64,000 nt of DNA from Oscillospiraceae bacterium (GTDB taxonomy: Bacteria > Bacillota > Clostridia > Oscillospirales > Oscillospiraceae): NCBI GenBank assembly GCA_017516925.1, contig JAFXAQ010000043.1:242-64241 (forward strand), in the 5' to 3' direction. Positions 39,911 to 50,480 of the stretch are shown piece after piece. Position numbers and translations under genes: made by a program. Position 1 is the first letter of the stretch. Every line of letters begins with the position of its first letter. Below the pieces are notes generated by a model, which had not been told where the DNA came from, ran no database searches, and saw only the letters and a program-made list of their open reading frames with translations.

Positions 39911-40133
39911 AGTCAAACACCTCTTCCACAGGCGTTCCGTCGGAGCCTGCAGATATTTTCGTTACCTGGAGTTCTGCATTATCCAACAGCTTACCACAGC
40001 GGGCAACCAATGCAGTGCCCTCCTGGAACAGTTTTAATGATTCCTCCAAAGGAACGTCACCACGCTCCATAGCACGAACAATTTGTTCCAGTCTTTGCAT
40101 ATTCTCTTCAAAGGTCTTGTTATCCTTATTCAT
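39900..40133 (-). CDS. xseB: exodeoxyribonuclease VII small subunit
   Basis: FEENMQRLEQIV..LEESLKLFQEG. Confidence 0.95.
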   Translation of the reverse strand: MNKDNKTFEENMQRLEQIVRAMERGDVPLEESLKLFQEGTALVARCGKLLDNAELQVTKISAGSDGTPVEEVFDYEP

Positions 40134-41341
40134 AGCGCATCCTCCCTCTTATCCAAAATTTCTGCTGAGATAATTCCGTCTTTCAGCCGGATATCAATTG
40201 GCGTGTTTTTAGTTACCTGTTGTATCGAGTGCACAACTGCTCCGTCGCAGGATTGCACCATTGCGTATCCTCTTGACAAAACCTTTAATGGACTCATTGC
40301 ATCCAGCTTTGCGGTCAGGGAAACAAAATTCTGCTTTTTCTTGCTGACAAATTGTGTTCCGGCTGAAATTAGCCTTGTCTGCATATGTGCAAGCGTGTCC
40401 CGCCGTAGGTGAATATATTTCGCCGGACTTTGAAGCGTGGTACTGCCTGACAGTGCATTTAATTGCTGTCTTGCAGTTCGAAGCTGTCTTAAAAGAAGGG
40501 TTTGCATTCTGTCCGTTGCACTGTCGAGAACCTGTCGTAATGCATTTTGGTCCGGCACAGCCAGCTCTGCTGCATTCGACGGAGTGGCTGCTCGTAAATC
40601 CGCAACATAATCAGAAATTGTTACATCCGGCTCGTGCCCAACCGCAGAGATAATCGGGATTTTGGATTGATAAATGGCATTGGCCACACGTTCATCGTTA
40701 AATGCCCATAAATCCTCAAGAGAACCACCGCCTCTACCGACAATCAAAAGGTCAGCAAGCTGAAAATGATTGGCATAAGCGATGGCATTTGCAATTTCGC
40801 CTGGCGCTTCAACACCCTGGACACGAACAGGCAACAACACTGCTTTTGTTAATGGATAACGCTTGTTTAGAATGCGAAGCATATCGTGAATTGCAGCGCC
40901 GGCAGAGCTGGTAATAATTCCAATGACTCCGGGATATTGCGGAAGCTTTTGCTTATGCTCCGGATTAAATAGCCCCTGTGCAGCAAGCTTTGCCTTCAGC
41001 TGTTCAAACGCTGCGTGCAGGTCCCCTACCCCATCCAATGCCAATGCCGAGCAATAAAGCTGATATGCGCCGTCTCTGGGATAGACAGAAATCTTGCCCA
41101 TAGCAATGATTTTCATTCCGTTCTCCGGACGGAAACGCAAGCGTAATGCGCTGCCTTTAAACATAACGCACTTTAAACTGGAATTCTCGTCCTTTAGCGT
41201 AAAGTAATGGTGGCCTGAGGGATAGACCTTATAGTTGCTAATCTCACCGCGTACAGCCAGCGCAGTCAAAGCTGGGGTGCTATCCATCAAGGTGCGGATA
41301 TATTCATTTATTTGGGTGATTGACAGCACCTGCTGATCCAT
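40130..41341 (-). CDS. xseA: exodeoxyribonuclease VII large subunit
   Basis: GEISN, GHHYFTLKD, GRGGGSLEDLWAFN, ATPSNAAE. Confidence 0.97.
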   Translation of the reverse strand: MDQQVLSITQINEYIRTLMDSTPALTALAVRGEISNYKVYPSGHHYFTLKDENSSLKCVMFKGSALRLRFRPENGMKIIAMGKISVYPRDGAYQLYCSALALDGVGDLHAAFEQLKAKLAAQGLFNPEHKQKLPQYPGVIGIITSSAGAAIHDMLRILNKRYPLTKAVLLPVRVQGVEAPGEIANAIAYANHFQLADLLIVGRGGGSLEDLWAFNDERVANAIYQSKIPIISAVGHEPDVTISDYVADLRAATPSNAAELAVPDQNALRQVLDSATDRMQTLLLRQLRTARQQLNALSGSTTLQSPAKYIHLRRDTLAHMQTRLISAGTQFVSKKKQNFVSLTAKLDAMSPLKVLSRGYAMVQSCDGAVVHSIQQVTKNTPIDIRLKDGIISAEILDKREDAL

Positions 41342-41342
41342 A

Positions 41343-42266
41343 TTACCCCTCCTGACAGCGGTAGGTTAAAACTGCGACGCCCATAGCGTTATCTGTTGAA
41401 AATTGCGGCTGACAAAAAATCGGAGATATCTCCCCCAACTCTCTGCGCAGTATCGAGTTGGAAGCAACACCACCGGAAAAAACAACCGGTAAGCCTGGAT
41501 AAATCTTCAGGGCATTCTTTGTTGCCTTCAATACGCCTGCACAAACGCTGCGCAACGCATAGGCAGCTGTATCTGCCTGATTTTTGCCAGTATCCCAGTA
41601 CTGCTGTACCTTGTTTTGTACACCGGAAAAAGAAAATTCCAGAGCGTTACATTTAACGGAGAAAAAATCAGAATGAGTGGCATTGGCACTTATTGTGTCC
41701 AAATGCTTTCCCGCAGGAAAAGGTAAACCCAAAAGCTGACCGGTTCTGTCGATTAGCTGACCGGCAGAAATATCCGTTGTGCCACCAATCCTTGTGCATC
41801 TCACATTACGGTTATCCGGCTCTACCAACAATAGTTCCGTTGTTCCTCCGGACAGATGCCATGCCAAAAAGGGCTGGTCCATAAGCTCCGGTCTACCTGC
41901 GCTCCACAGAGATGCTGCCACGTGACCCTGTTGATGGGAGCATTCCACCATAGGCACGTGCAGCGCATCTGTCAGAAGTTTGGCATGACTATACCCAACC
42001 ATAAAACAGGGCATATAGCTGCCCTTTACCGCTCTGGGGCGGGTGCTGACACCAATTGCAGTAATTTCACTGACATCGATATTGCAAAACAGCCTGCCGG
42101 AAAGCTCCGGCAGGCTTTTGGTATGGTGAAAAACGGCATCGCTTTGCCGAAGCCCAAGTTCACCGGGCTTCACGGGCAAAAGCTGGGAGTAATTTGTGCC
42201 GGAAACACCGTCAAAATATGCAATTGAGGTAGTGTAATTACTGGTATCAAAACCAATTACGCTCAT
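41343..42266 (-). CDS. TsaD/Kae1-like (glycoprotease M22 family) paralogue
   Basis: DTSNYTTS, HQQGH, LSGGTT, SGGVASN, DNAMG. Confidence 0.82.
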   Translation of the reverse strand: MSVIGFDTSNYTTSIAYFDGVSGTNYSQLLPVKPGELGLRQSDAVFHHTKSLPELSGRLFCNIDVSEITAIGVSTRPRAVKGSYMPCFMVGYSHAKLLTDALHVPMVECSHQQGHVAASLWSAGRPELMDQPFLAWHLSGGTTELLLVEPDNRNVRCTRIGGTTDISAGQLIDRTGQLLGLPFPAGKHLDTISANATHSDFFSVKCNALEFSFSGVQNKVQQYWDTGKNQADTAAYALRSVCAGVLKATKNALKIYPGLPVVFSGGVASNSILRRELGEISPIFCQPQFSTDNAMGVAVLTYRCQEG

Positions 42267-42721
42267 TTTTGTACCTCTTGCGTTAAGCTGCGGGCGAAAG
42301 CACCGAGAATGCCGTTCACAAATGCGCCGGTATCATCACCGTCATACATCTTGGCAATTCGCACTGCTTCCGAAATGGCAACACCGGTGGGAACATCTGC
42401 AAGATAGAGTATCTCGAAGATTGCCAGCTGTATAATGGCACGTGTCAGCTTGGAAATGCGACGGACATCCCAACCGATAGAGAATTTTTGGATGTAGCCG
42501 TCGAGTTCCTCCAGGCGATTTGCCACACCGCCCACAACCGTATCCAAATAGGCTACTTGCTTGCCGGACGGCATTTCCGTATAAATCTGATTTTCACCGG
42601 AAAGCAAGGCATAATAGTCCTTGTTCAACCGTGTGGCAATTATTTGTGCAGGTTCCTCACCGGTGAATTCCCGACCATAAATTAAATGTACTGCCAGTTC
42701 TCTGGCATCTGCTCTTGTCAT
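42263..42721 (-). CDS. nusB: transcription antitermination factor NusB
   Basis: ARELA, VAISEAVRIAK, FVNGILG. Confidence 0.93.
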   Translation of the reverse strand: MTRADARELAVHLIYGREFTGEEPAQIIATRLNKDYYALLSGENQIYTEMPSGKQVAYLDTVVGGVANRLEELDGYIQKFSIGWDVRRISKLTRAIIQLAIFEILYLADVPTGVAISEAVRIAKMYDGDDTGAFVNGILGAFARSLTQEVQK

Positions 42722-42730
42722 AAATGCTCC

Positions 42731-43099
42731 TTATTGACGGATGATACCACAGACATTGATATTCACAGAAGTAACCTTCACGCCGGCAGTGGATTCAATG
42801 GCGGAAGAAACGGCCTCCTGGACAGCCTTCGCAACGGCAACAACACTTTCTCCATAGCCGATATTTACGTTGCAATCAATACTCAACTCATTTTCATTAG
42901 AGATTGCAATCTTGATTCCCTTAGCCCAGGCCTTCTTTCCGATTTTTTCAGCAATATCGGAGCCGGGCTTTACGCTCAGACCTACAATGCCCTCAACTTC
43001 GCTGACCGCATTGGCAACAATGGAAGCGATTACGTCCTCAGAAATCAGAACGTTTCCATTCTCCTGAACCTGCGTGATGTACTGCTTGTTATCAGCCAT
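42731..43099 (-). CDS. Asp23/Gls24 family protein
   Basis: ISEDVIASI, VQEAV..IE.TAG..V..VNINV. Confidence 0.9.
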   Translation of the reverse strand: MADNKQYITQVQENGNVLISEDVIASIVANAVSEVEGIVGLSVKPGSDIAEKIGKKAWAKGIKIAISNENELSIDCNVNIGYGESVVAVAKAVQEAVSSAIESTAGVKVTSVNINVCGIIRQ

Positions 43100-43230
43100 T
43101 CCAAATACCTCCTGAATAGCGTCACCTATCGTAACGCATTTTGTTTATTGTAACACAAATCCGAAAAAATACAACTGTTTTTCTTTCAAGTATTGAAAAA
43201 CCCCAAAGGCAAATACCTTTGGGGTATGTT

Positions 43231-43788
43231 TTACAGGACCTCAACAACGTGAATATCTTCTATCGTGTAGGAAGACTGTGTCATTACAATATCAGCTATG
43301 ACAGCAACATCAGGCTTTTCCAAGCCACCCTCCGGAGATGCAACGGCTACCGATACACCCTCGTCACTAATATAAGCAACGCAGTCCGTATAACCCTTCG
43401 CAATCACAAGACTTTCAATTTGCGCTTCGCAAAGAGCCACCTGAACAAGCTCCTCCAGCTTCTTATTGGATTGCGCTGCTTCAGCATCTTCGCTGTATGC
43501 CATTGCCTCCTGCAGTATGCTCACGGCACTGTCCCGTGCCTCCTGGCGAGATAAACGAACTGCTGCAAAATAATCTGTAATTGTTGTGTCGTTTACTTCT
43601 GTGTCAACTGACAAGGTACTACCGTCGTTCATCACTAACATATCCGCCGACATAAGCTTTTCCTCATTTAGGGTGTCGGTCAGGTTTGCGGTGGTTTGGT
43701 CCTCGGTGTACAGCCAGTTGACATAGATTCCTGCACACACCGTCACCAAAACAGCGCCTGCCACCAGGTTCTTTTTCCATGTTTTCAT
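43231..43788 (-). CDS. spoIIIAH: stage III sporulation protein AH
   Basis: TM, YFAAVRLSR, IESLVIAKGY; last gene of operon. Confidence 0.88.
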   Translation of the reverse strand: MKTWKKNLVAGAVLVTVCAGIYVNWLYTEDQTTANLTDTLNEEKLMSADMLVMNDGSTLSVDTEVNDTTITDYFAAVRLSRQEARDSAVSILQEAMAYSEDAEAAQSNKKLEELVQVALCEAQIESLVIAKGYTDCVAYISDEGVSVAVASPEGGLEKPDVAVIADIVMTQSSYTIEDIHVVEVL

Positions 43789-43802
43789 AAATTTTCCTCC
43801 AT

Positions 43803-44306
43803 TCATTTCATTTTCAATACTGTTATGCAATGCGTACCTATTCCAATCAGCCTGGAAACTGCATTGATGATATCGTATCTCACACTGGGGTTATCTGCAC
43901 CCTGACATAAAATAATGGCGCCTCTGTATGTAGCCGGTACAACTTGCTTTATAAGTCCCGTTTCATTACGTTCAGCGTCGGTCACGGTCACGGTATCTGT
44001 ACGGACTGTGACATTGCTACCATCATTTGCACTGTCTTCGTTTGTTTGGTATAAGGTTTCTTCTCCGTATTGCTGTGTTAAGATGACCTGTACCTCCCCT
44101 GCCCCCTCCACGCAGCTGAGAACGGATGCTAATCTATCTTCAAATTCAACCTCCAATTTGTAGGTTGAGGCTTTTGCCTCAGAAACCTTTTCTTCTGCAT
44201 TCATAGGAATAAGCATCAAGGCTAATCCGATTGTTAAAATCAATGCCGCATACTTATATTTCTTGAGAAATGCTGCTGTTTTTTCCAATAGTGATTTTAC
44301 TGCCAT
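43803..44306 (-). CDS. spoIIIAG: stage III sporulation protein AG
   Basis: VEGAGEVQV, GAIILCQGAD. Confidence 0.88.
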   Translation of the reverse strand: MAVKSLLEKTAAFLKKYKYAALILTIGLALMLIPMNAEEKVSEAKASTYKLEVEFEDRLASVLSCVEGAGEVQVILTQQYGEETLYQTNEDSANDGSNVTVRTDTVTVTDAERNETGLIKQVVPATYRGAIILCQGADNPSVRYDIINAVSRLIGIGTHCITVLKMK

Positions 44307-44770
44307 ATTTGTTGCTCCTTGGGTATCCCGATTTCCTCTGCCAGAAACGATTGCAGCACTTGCTTATTATAGGGGGAAACAGCGCCTTGGATTGTTACGG
44401 AATCCGGCGCAGGTGGTAAATCCTCTGTCAGGTAAACATTCACGTCCACATCCAGCTGTAATGCAGACGCTTTGTCCAAAATATATGCTTCCAGATTTTC
44501 CTTTATGATTTTGTGCATCTCATCCCTGGCTATATTTTTTCCTGCATCAACGGCATATGACGAATCCAGAGAAACATCCTTATAAAAACGCATATAATCC
44601 CGTATTTCCAATTTTAAAACCGGACGTAGCATTACAAGCGCCAGAAAAATGCCGCACACAAGACGGATGACGGAATTGTTGCCGCCCTTCATCCTGACTA
44701 CGGAGGTAACAATTCCCACAATTATGGATGCAGCAACAAGGGACATTAAGTATTGGCGTACTAGCTCCAA
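44297..44770 (-). CDS. spoIIIAF: stage III sporulation protein AF
   Basis: two N-terminal TMs; operon position. Confidence 0.75.
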   Translation of the reverse strand: MELVRQYLMSLVAASIIVGIVTSVVRMKGGNNSVIRLVCGIFLALVMLRPVLKLEIRDYMRFYKDVSLDSSYAVDAGKNIARDEMHKIIKENLEAYILDKASALQLDVDVNVYLTEDLPPAPDSVTIQGAVSPYNKQVLQSFLAEEIGIPKEQQIWQ

Positions 44771-45811
44771 TCAACCAACCCCCTTCATAAAGCAAACTGT
44801 GCTTACAATGTGCAGTAAGCAAACAGTTCCTGCCATGGCTAGCAGAATGCCCATAATCGAGGTGAAATTTTCAATCAGCTTACCGGATGCTTTGTCACCT
44901 AAAACGGCGCACACAGCCGCTGTGAGCTTTAAAAGAATATAGTGTAGGGCGATTTTAAGAAAAGGTGTAATACATATGGCGATGAATGCCAGCATACCTC
45001 CAACTCCGGCTGCGTTCTTCATGGTGCGAACACTGACAAGAATTGCTTCCGACGCATCGGACATCACACCGCCCACCACCGGGACGAAACCGGATAGCGC
45101 AAGCTTTGCAGCCTTAACGGAGGCGGCATCAACGGTACCGCTTACAACACCGGTTATTCCCAAATATCCGGTAAACAGATATAAACTGATTTTCAGGCTC
45201 CAGGTCATTAACCATTTTATAAAATCCTTCAGGTTTTTCAGCACATTCTCCCCTGTCGCACCTTCTGCGATACACAACACAAGAAAAATGTATATCATTG
45301 GCACTATCAGTTTTGTAATACCTGTCGACAAAAGGGTATTAAAAACAACTGTTCCCGCATACAATCCGGTAGCAGAGGTAATTCCTCCTTCAGCCGCCAG
45401 TGCGGTTGTCATCACCGGTAGAAATAGCTTTCCGTATTCACACAGCTGATTTATCGTACTTACACCTAGCTGAATAAAGGTATTGGAAGGCTTGATTAGC
45501 AGTACAGCAATGCATATTGTACTGGCCAGACGAACTGTTTTTTCCGCCATGGGCTTATAACACCCAAAGACGGAACAAACCATAACTACAGAAATCAGTC
45601 CAGCGCAAATGCCGGCTGCTTGCGTGATATCCGGTCTTAAATTTGAAATTGCCTCTTTAAAAATATACCATATGTCCTCGCCGAAGCTCGTGGACTCTTC
45701 AGGAAGCAAGTCCTGTGCGCTACCTTCTACCGGCGGCGCGGTAAATTCCTCGGCTTTTACCGGAACTGTAATGAGGACTACCAGAAACAGCAACATCAAA
45801 ATTCGCTTCAT
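44771..45811 (-). CDS. spoIIIAE: stage III sporulation protein AE
   Basis: multi-TM, FVPVVGGVMSDA, KNAAG. Confidence 0.9.
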   Translation of the reverse strand: MKRILMLLFLVVLITVPVKAEEFTAPPVEGSAQDLLPEESTSFGEDIWYIFKEAISNLRPDITQAAGICAGLISVVMVCSVFGCYKPMAEKTVRLASTICIAVLLIKPSNTFIQLGVSTINQLCEYGKLFLPVMTTALAAEGGITSATGLYAGTVVFNTLLSTGITKLIVPMIYIFLVLCIAEGATGENVLKNLKDFIKWLMTWSLKISLYLFTGYLGITGVVSGTVDAASVKAAKLALSGFVPVVGGVMSDASEAILVSVRTMKNAAGVGGMLAFIAICITPFLKIALHYILLKLTAAVCAVLGDKASGKLIENFTSIMGILLAMAGTVCLLHIVSTVCFMKGVG

Positions 45812-46203
45812 ATTGTCACCAATATTTCTTCAATTAGCTCCATAAGACTTGTAAATAAGGGAACACACAACCATAAAATGACACCGGAGGCTAAAATTTG
45901 AATGGTTTTACCCATGGAGCTGTTGCCGGAATCCTGACATATGTGCTCCACAATCTCCGAAATCAGCGCAATTCCGACGGATTTAAGCAATATTTCAACC
46001 GTCTGGGTATCCAGGCTCCCCACTGTGCGCAATTTCTCAACTAACTCAAATACAGGTTCAAGATACGTTATGGCAATAACTGTGACCATTACACAGACAC
46101 CAACGCTGAACAAAATCGAAAAGTCCTTATTTTGCTTTGCCAATACTAAGTAGATTACCAATGCTGCCAGAACGCAACCGGTTGTTTTCAAAAATGTATC
46201 CAT
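45808..46203 (-). CDS. spoIIIAD: stage III sporulation protein AD
   Basis: LLKSVGIA, ICQDSG. Confidence 0.88.
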   Translation of the reverse strand: MDTFLKTTGCVLAALVIYLVLAKQNKDFSILFSVGVCVMVTVIAITYLEPVFELVEKLRTVGSLDTQTVEILLKSVGIALISEIVEHICQDSGNSSMGKTIQILASGVILWLCVPLFTSLMELIEEILVTI

Positions 46204-46397
46204 TAGAAACCAAACAGTGACTTCACCAAATCGAACAAATCCGCAATTTCTTTTGCAATCATCATCAATACAACCACAAGTGCAGCCAATGTTGTCATAG
46301 TGGCCTGCTCATCACGGCCGGACCGTGACAGCACCTGATTGAGTATGGATGTAATAATCCCTATGGCTGCAATTTTAAATATCAAATCAATATCCAT
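46203..46397 (-). CDS. spoIIIAC: stage III sporulation protein AC
   Basis: MDIDLIFKIAAIGI, SGRDEQA. Confidence 0.93.
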   Translation of the reverse strand: MDIDLIFKIAAIGIITSILNQVLSRSGRDEQATMTTLAALVVVLMMIAKEIADLFDLVKSLFGF

Positions 46398-46398
46398 A

Positions 46399-46917
46399 TT
46401 AAACAAACAGGATAGCTAAGGCAGCACCTGCGCAGATGCTAAGTGTTTGGTAGCTGCGAAGCCTTATGTCCTGATTCTCTGTGCTTTGCGCTAAGATACT
46501 CTCGACCTCTTTCTGGATGGTCTTCAGTCCTTTGATCTGACCATCTATATCAAAACGACCAAGCTCACGACCAAGCAAAAGAAGAATTCCTTTTGTTTTT
46601 TCCGGCAGCCCTTTTGTTCGTGCCACTGCAGCAGCCATACAGGTGTAAACCTCGGGAGATATCTGGTATTCAAGCTCCTCGGCAAAGGCAACAAATAACT
46701 TTGACAGACACTCCTCGCAGACCTGCGCTGATTTCCTGCATAGTTCTGATAACGGAGTTAAGTGGTACTGTAATTCACATTCAAAAAATAAAAGTGCAGA
46801 TAGTGTGCTCCGCAAATAACGTACCTCCTTGCGATGCATAAAGGAAAACAAAAAGCCGAACCCACCACATCCAAGGATAATCAATATTCCGCCTAAAAGC
46901 TTTAGTGTCATTTGCAT
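46399..46917 (-). CDS. spoIIIAB: stage III sporulation protein AB
   Basis: N- and C-terminal TMs, LGRFDIDGQ; operon position. Confidence 0.85.
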   Translation of the reverse strand: MQMTLKLLGGILIILGCGGFGFLFSFMHRKEVRYLRSTLSALLFFECELQYHLTPLSELCRKSAQVCEECLSKLFVAFAEELEYQISPEVYTCMAAAVARTKGLPEKTKGILLLLGRELGRFDIDGQIKGLKTIQKEVESILAQSTENQDIRLRSYQTLSICAGAALAILFV

Positions 46918-47756
46918 AACCTCTCCCCTGTCCAGGTTTTATCAAAATTCATAATTAGCAACGTATCAAAAACACCGCTGTCAATAAGCGGTTTATATAT
47001 CGGTCTGTTTAGTAAGTCCTGCTTGCATCCCGCATGCGCCGTTGCCAGCAGCTTCACACCGCACCACCCGGCGTGGAGCAGTGCTTCACAATCTTCCTCT
47101 GCTGTAATTTCATCCACGGCAATGGTGTGTGGTGTCATATTTCTTAAAAGGATTTCGATACCTTTCGGTTTGCTGCATCCGGATAAAACATCCGTATGCT
47201 TGCCGGGATAAAAACAGGCTTGTCCATTCGCAGTTGGAAATATCTCTTCACGCTCGTCTACTACGGAAACAAATTCTCCTCGAACATCCGATAGCTGACG
47301 GATATAGTCCCGTAATAATGTGGTTTTTCCAACACCCGGTGCGCCGATGATAAGAACAGAACCATCATACCTTAATGCTTTTGAGGCAATATTTTGAAAA
47401 TCTCTGGCGACACGAATACAAACAGATGTCGGTATCCTGATGCCATGCATAGTATCCTTTGATACTGTACATTCTCCGCATATCCCAACACGGTGACCTC
47501 CCGGTGCTGTAATATACCCTTTGGAAATTGTGGTAGCTGCCCATGGGGAATATCGGGATGTAACGTTGATGCAGAAGCTAAGGTCTTCAGCAGAAATCAT
47601 CCTTGAAAATTTAATAGTTTCTTTGCAACCAACAAATTCTGGGTATTGATTGATGCGTAGCCTGATTTCCTGAAGATAGTCTCTCCCAAATTTATCAACA
47701 TCGCTTCGCATCCACACAGGTAATATGTTAATCAAGGACTCCCATGCACATTTCAT
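46908..47756 (-). CDS. spoIIIAA: stage III sporulation ATPase AA
   Basis: EIRLR, GGHRVG, GVGKTTLLRD, VDEREEI, ATAH. Confidence 0.92.
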   Translation of the reverse strand: MKCAWESLINILPVWMRSDVDKFGRDYLQEIRLRINQYPEFVGCKETIKFSRMISAEDLSFCINVTSRYSPWAATTISKGYITAPGGHRVGICGECTVSKDTMHGIRIPTSVCIRVARDFQNIASKALRYDGSVLIIGAPGVGKTTLLRDYIRQLSDVRGEFVSVVDEREEIFPTANGQACFYPGKHTDVLSGCSKPKGIEILLRNMTPHTIAVDEITAEEDCEALLHAGWCGVKLLATAHAGCKQDLLNRPIYKPLIDSGVFDTLLIMNFDKTWTGERLCK

Positions 47757-47802
47757 TGCGATCACTCCCACTCAAGACTATGCTGTGGGGACAGGCATAT
47801 GC

Positions 47803-47840
47803 AAAAAAATAGCCGACAGCATTTGCTGTCGGCTATTTTT
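47803..47840 (-). terminator. terminator after ftsK
   Basis: AAAAATAGCCGACAGC...GCTGTCGGCTATTTTT. Confidence 0.8.
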
Positions 47841-47845
47841 AGAAA

Positions 47846-50469
47846 TTATTCCTCGTCAAAAGTATCATTAATTTGAGAAACATCATCAAACTCAAGCTGT
47901 TGACCGCCGTTTTTCATCGCATTCCATTGCTCTTTTGTAACAAGAATTGCTCTGGGCTTGCTACCGGCAAAGGGACCTACAATCCCCTTTTCCTCCATTT
48001 CGTCTACAATTCTTGCAGCGCGGGCATATCCAAGTTTTAGTCTGCGCTGAAGCATCGAGACAGATGCCTGTCCTGTTTCCAGAATGATATCTACAGCGGC
48101 CGGGAGCATTTCGTCACCGGACAATTCATCAGCACTGCTCTCAACAACACCGGATGTCCCTTTACTTTCGGCCTGTTGCGCCTTCTTTTCAATCTCGTCC
48201 ATTACTTGCTGGTCATAAACGGTTTCGAAATTCGATTTCACGTAGTTTGCAACAGCCTCCACCTCGGGATCGCTGACAAAGCAGCCTTGTACACGACGAG
48301 GCTTACCGTTTCCGATTGGCGCATAAAGCATATCGCCCTTGCCAACAAGCTTTTCTGCGCCCTGTGTATCCAAAATAATTCTGGACTCCATCGCGGAAGC
48401 AACCGCAAAAGCAATTCTTGAAGGAATGTTAGCCTTCATAAGACCGGTGATTACATCTGCAGAAGGGCGTTGTGTTGCAATAACAGGTGAATGCCTGCGG
48501 CACGGCCCATTTGGGCAATGCGACAAATGGATTCTTCAACCTCCTTTGCGGCAACCAGCATCAGGTCAGCCAATTCGTCAATAATCACAACTACCTGAGG
48601 TAGCTTCTTCCCGTCGATTTCCTGGCTGTCAATAATGCTGTTGTAGGATTCCAAATCACGAACACCGGCATCGGACATTGCTTTATATCTGCGCATCATT
48701 TCCGTTACAGCCCACTGCAGCGAGCCTGCCGCTTTTTTAGGATCGGTCACCACAGGAATCAGAAGGTGTGGAATTCCATTATATATACCCAACTCCACCA
48801 TCTTAGGGTCAACCATAATAAGCTTTACATCCTCAGGACTGGCTTTATACAGAAGTGAGATGATGATTGAATTCATACATACGGATTTACCGGAACCGGT
48901 GGTACCGGCAATCAGCATATGGGGAAGCCGGGAGATATTACCAACGATGCAGCTGCCGCCAATATCCTTACCCACAGCAAATGCAGACTTGGATTTAGCC
49001 TTGTTAAACTCTTGAGAATCAATTACCTCACGCAAGGAAACCATCGTCACCGCACGGTTAGGCACCTCAATGCCCACAACGGAAATCTTTCCGGGAATTG
49101 CTGCGATACGTACACCGGTTGCACCAAGGCTTAATGCTATATCGTCGGCTGCGGATGTGATTTTACTGAGCTTAACACCCTTAGCGAGCTCTACCTCATA
49201 CCGGGTAACGCTGGGACCACGTGTTACATTGATGATATGCGCATCAATCTTAAAGCTGGCCAGTGTTTCGTTTAAGCGACGGGAATTCTCTCGCATTTCC
49301 GCTGTACCGTCCATTGCTCCCTCAGAGGGCAGCTTCAGCAGGTCAATGGGCGGGAAAGAATATTCCGGCTTTTCCAGCTGCTCTGCTTGCGCAATTTCTA
49401 TAGCCACCTCAGCAGCAGCCAGCTCGGAATCCTGTTTTGTAACTTTTTCCTTTGCGACGGAAGAAAGCGCCTCCTTCACAGGTGTAGTTTCGAAAGTCTC
49501 ATCGGTTTCCAGTGGGGGCATGACGGCAGGCGCCTTCTCCAAAGGCTTGTTAGAAATTGGGATAATCTCTGGGTCTACATGGTCTTGCGCAGGAGTGTTC
49601 GTTGCTGCAGCAGCAACCGGGTCCTCCACATCCGCATCAATCTGACTGATGATTTCATTGAGCTTTTCCTTCTTCTGGGGAACCGCAGTTGCGGCAACTG
49701 CCTCTTCCTCCTCTAAACGTGCTTGCTCAGCCAGCAGGCGCTGACGCTCTAAATAAGCAATCCGTTTATTGGCAATATGATTCACAACAACCGCAGCCGG
49801 CTCCTCACGAGTCTCGGGCACATCCTCAAACTCCGGACGTGGACGGTTTTTGATTGCCCGAATAATGCTGGGAATGGTAATCTGCATACCGCCCAATAGG
49901 AGGATTAGTCCGGCAATCACAAGTACAATATAAGAAACAATCGGCCCGCAGAGCAGTTTAATTAGGATAGCGATGCATCCGCAAAGTAATCCTCCGGTGG
50001 TGCCGTCTGTACCGCCAATATAAAGCTCCTGAACAAAAGCAAAGCCACTGGGAAGACCCTGTGGGTTTATGGCGAGGTGCGCAATGCAGCCACAGGTTAA
50101 AACAAAGGACACAAGGAAGATTGTTCGTGCCTTAATCGGTCTTTTTCCGCTAAATGCATGGATGATGAATATGTAAAGAAGTGCGGGAATTGCTACAACA
50201 AAGCCCGTTTTTCCGATCAAGCCGTGAATTAGGTTGTTTAAAAATGCCAGAATAACCCCTTCCGGTAAAAGGAAAGCAATCAGGAAGAGTATAAAAAGGC
50301 TAAGAGATACCACGGAACTAATCACACGAACAGGAATATCCCTGGTTTTTTCATTGGCGGGCTTTACGCTTTTCCCTTTGCCGTTTGTCTGCGTTTTGGA
50401 AGTTCTCTTCTTGTTTTTAGATTTGGAAGCGGCAAGTTCCGCTTGGGATTTATGTACTTTATCGGCCAT
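47846..50469 (-). pseudogene. ftsK: DNA translocase FtsK/SpoIIIE with a 1-nt frameshift near 48485 (real or sequencing error)
   Basis: TMs, AGTTGSGKS, IDELADLM in one frame up to RAAGIHL; VIATQRPS, GAEKLVGKGDML and gamma domain (SVSMLQRRLKLGYARAAR) continue in another frame. Confidence 0.85.
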
Positions 50470-50480
50470 AATGAACCTCC

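Noticed and set aside
43158-43192. ATCCGAAAAAATACAACTGTTTTTCTTTCAA, superficially like streptococcal difSL
   Set aside because: Spacer length is wrong, and it is explained by the minus-strand promoter (TTGTAT-17-TACAAT) of the asp23-nusB operon.
47846-48526. Separate 226-aa gene downstream of ftsK
   Set aside because: It is the out-of-frame C-terminal part of ftsK, with no credible start of its own.
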